Shown here piece by piece: positions 5,575 to 5,885 of a stretch of DNA of 5,885 bases. The position numbers and the translations under genes were made by a program. Source of the DNA: Candidatus Thorarchaeota archaeon (GTDB lineage: Archaea; Asgardarchaeota; Heimdallarchaeia; Hodarchaeales; Hodarchaeaceae); contig JBHLRO010000059.1 of the NCBI GenBank assembly GCA_048882505.1, positions 1 to 5,885 of the forward strand, in the 5' to 3' direction. Each line of letters opens with the position of its first letter. Position 1 is the stretch's first letter. Under the pieces are notes generated by a model. It ran no database searches, had not been told where the DNA came from, and saw nothing but the letters and a program-made list of their open reading frames with translations.

Positions 5575-5885
5575 GTGAATCCAAGAGTGGTCATCCGTCG
5601 ATTTAAAACCTCATGGCGCGAACTTTCAGTTCCTAAGAAGATACTCTTCAGTGGCATTCTCCTTGGGTGCATTCTAGGCGGATGGCTCACTCTCCACCTC
5701 ATGTATGTCTCATTTCCAGAAATCTTTAATCCCGTAGCACACGATCTGTTTCCACCACGACTGACTTTATATCTCAATATAACCGATGAAGCAGTCTATG
5801 GGAATGGGACCGTCATTTTCACGGTGGTTTGCGTGGTTATAAGTTACAATAACTATCCAATCCCTGAAGGCGATCTTTATGAAAT
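5575..5885 (+). CDS. Membrane-anchored or secreted hypothetical protein, 3'-truncated by the window (not in the supplied ORF track)
   Basis: The frame from GTG 5575 is open to the window end: MNPRVVIRRFKTSWRELSVPKKILFSGILLGCILGGWLTLHLMYVSFPEIFNP…LNITDEAVYGNGTVIFTV…. It has a basic N-region, a hydrophobic helix and N-x-T sequons (NIT, NGT). Confidence 0.75.
   Translation, partial: MNPRVVIRRFKTSWRELSVPKKILFSGILLGCILGGWLTLHLMYVSFPEIFNPVAHDLFPPRLTLYLNITDEAVYGNGTVIFTVVCVVISYNNYPIPEGDLYE

Noticed and set aside
5442-5777. 111 aa minus-strand ORF
   Set aside because: It is the shadow of the + strand membrane-anchored CDS starting at 5575.

Overview
This ~5.9 kb window looks like an accessory region. 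It is probably archaeal, possibly Asgard-like; that is inferred from an aRelB-type antitoxin, a WD40 membrane protein and N-x-T sequons in a surface protein. No integrase, transposase or RNA gene is visible. The main unexplained structure is a ~85-98 bp non-coding element repeated in the same orientation. It has a conserved left box L (TTGAAAYGAGCRGTCCAATYGTCWGATAGGATTAGGATG), a more variable purine-rich centre of 34-40 nt, and a conserved right box R (GGAGCGGTCTGATGTCTG). There are four full copies (75, 1333, 2970, 5290) and one apparently split copy (L at 1903-1937, R at 2639-2662). The copies divide the window into unrelated cargo modules: a RelBE-type toxin-antitoxin pair plus a beta-propeller-like ORF, decayed ORF remnants, an inverted 4-TM gene, a small membrane ORF plus a ~6-TM/7-blade WD40 protein, and a membrane-anchored surface protein. 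The layout resembles an integron cassette array, but the repeat is not a canonical attC, a CRISPR repeat or a terminal-inverted-repeat element.
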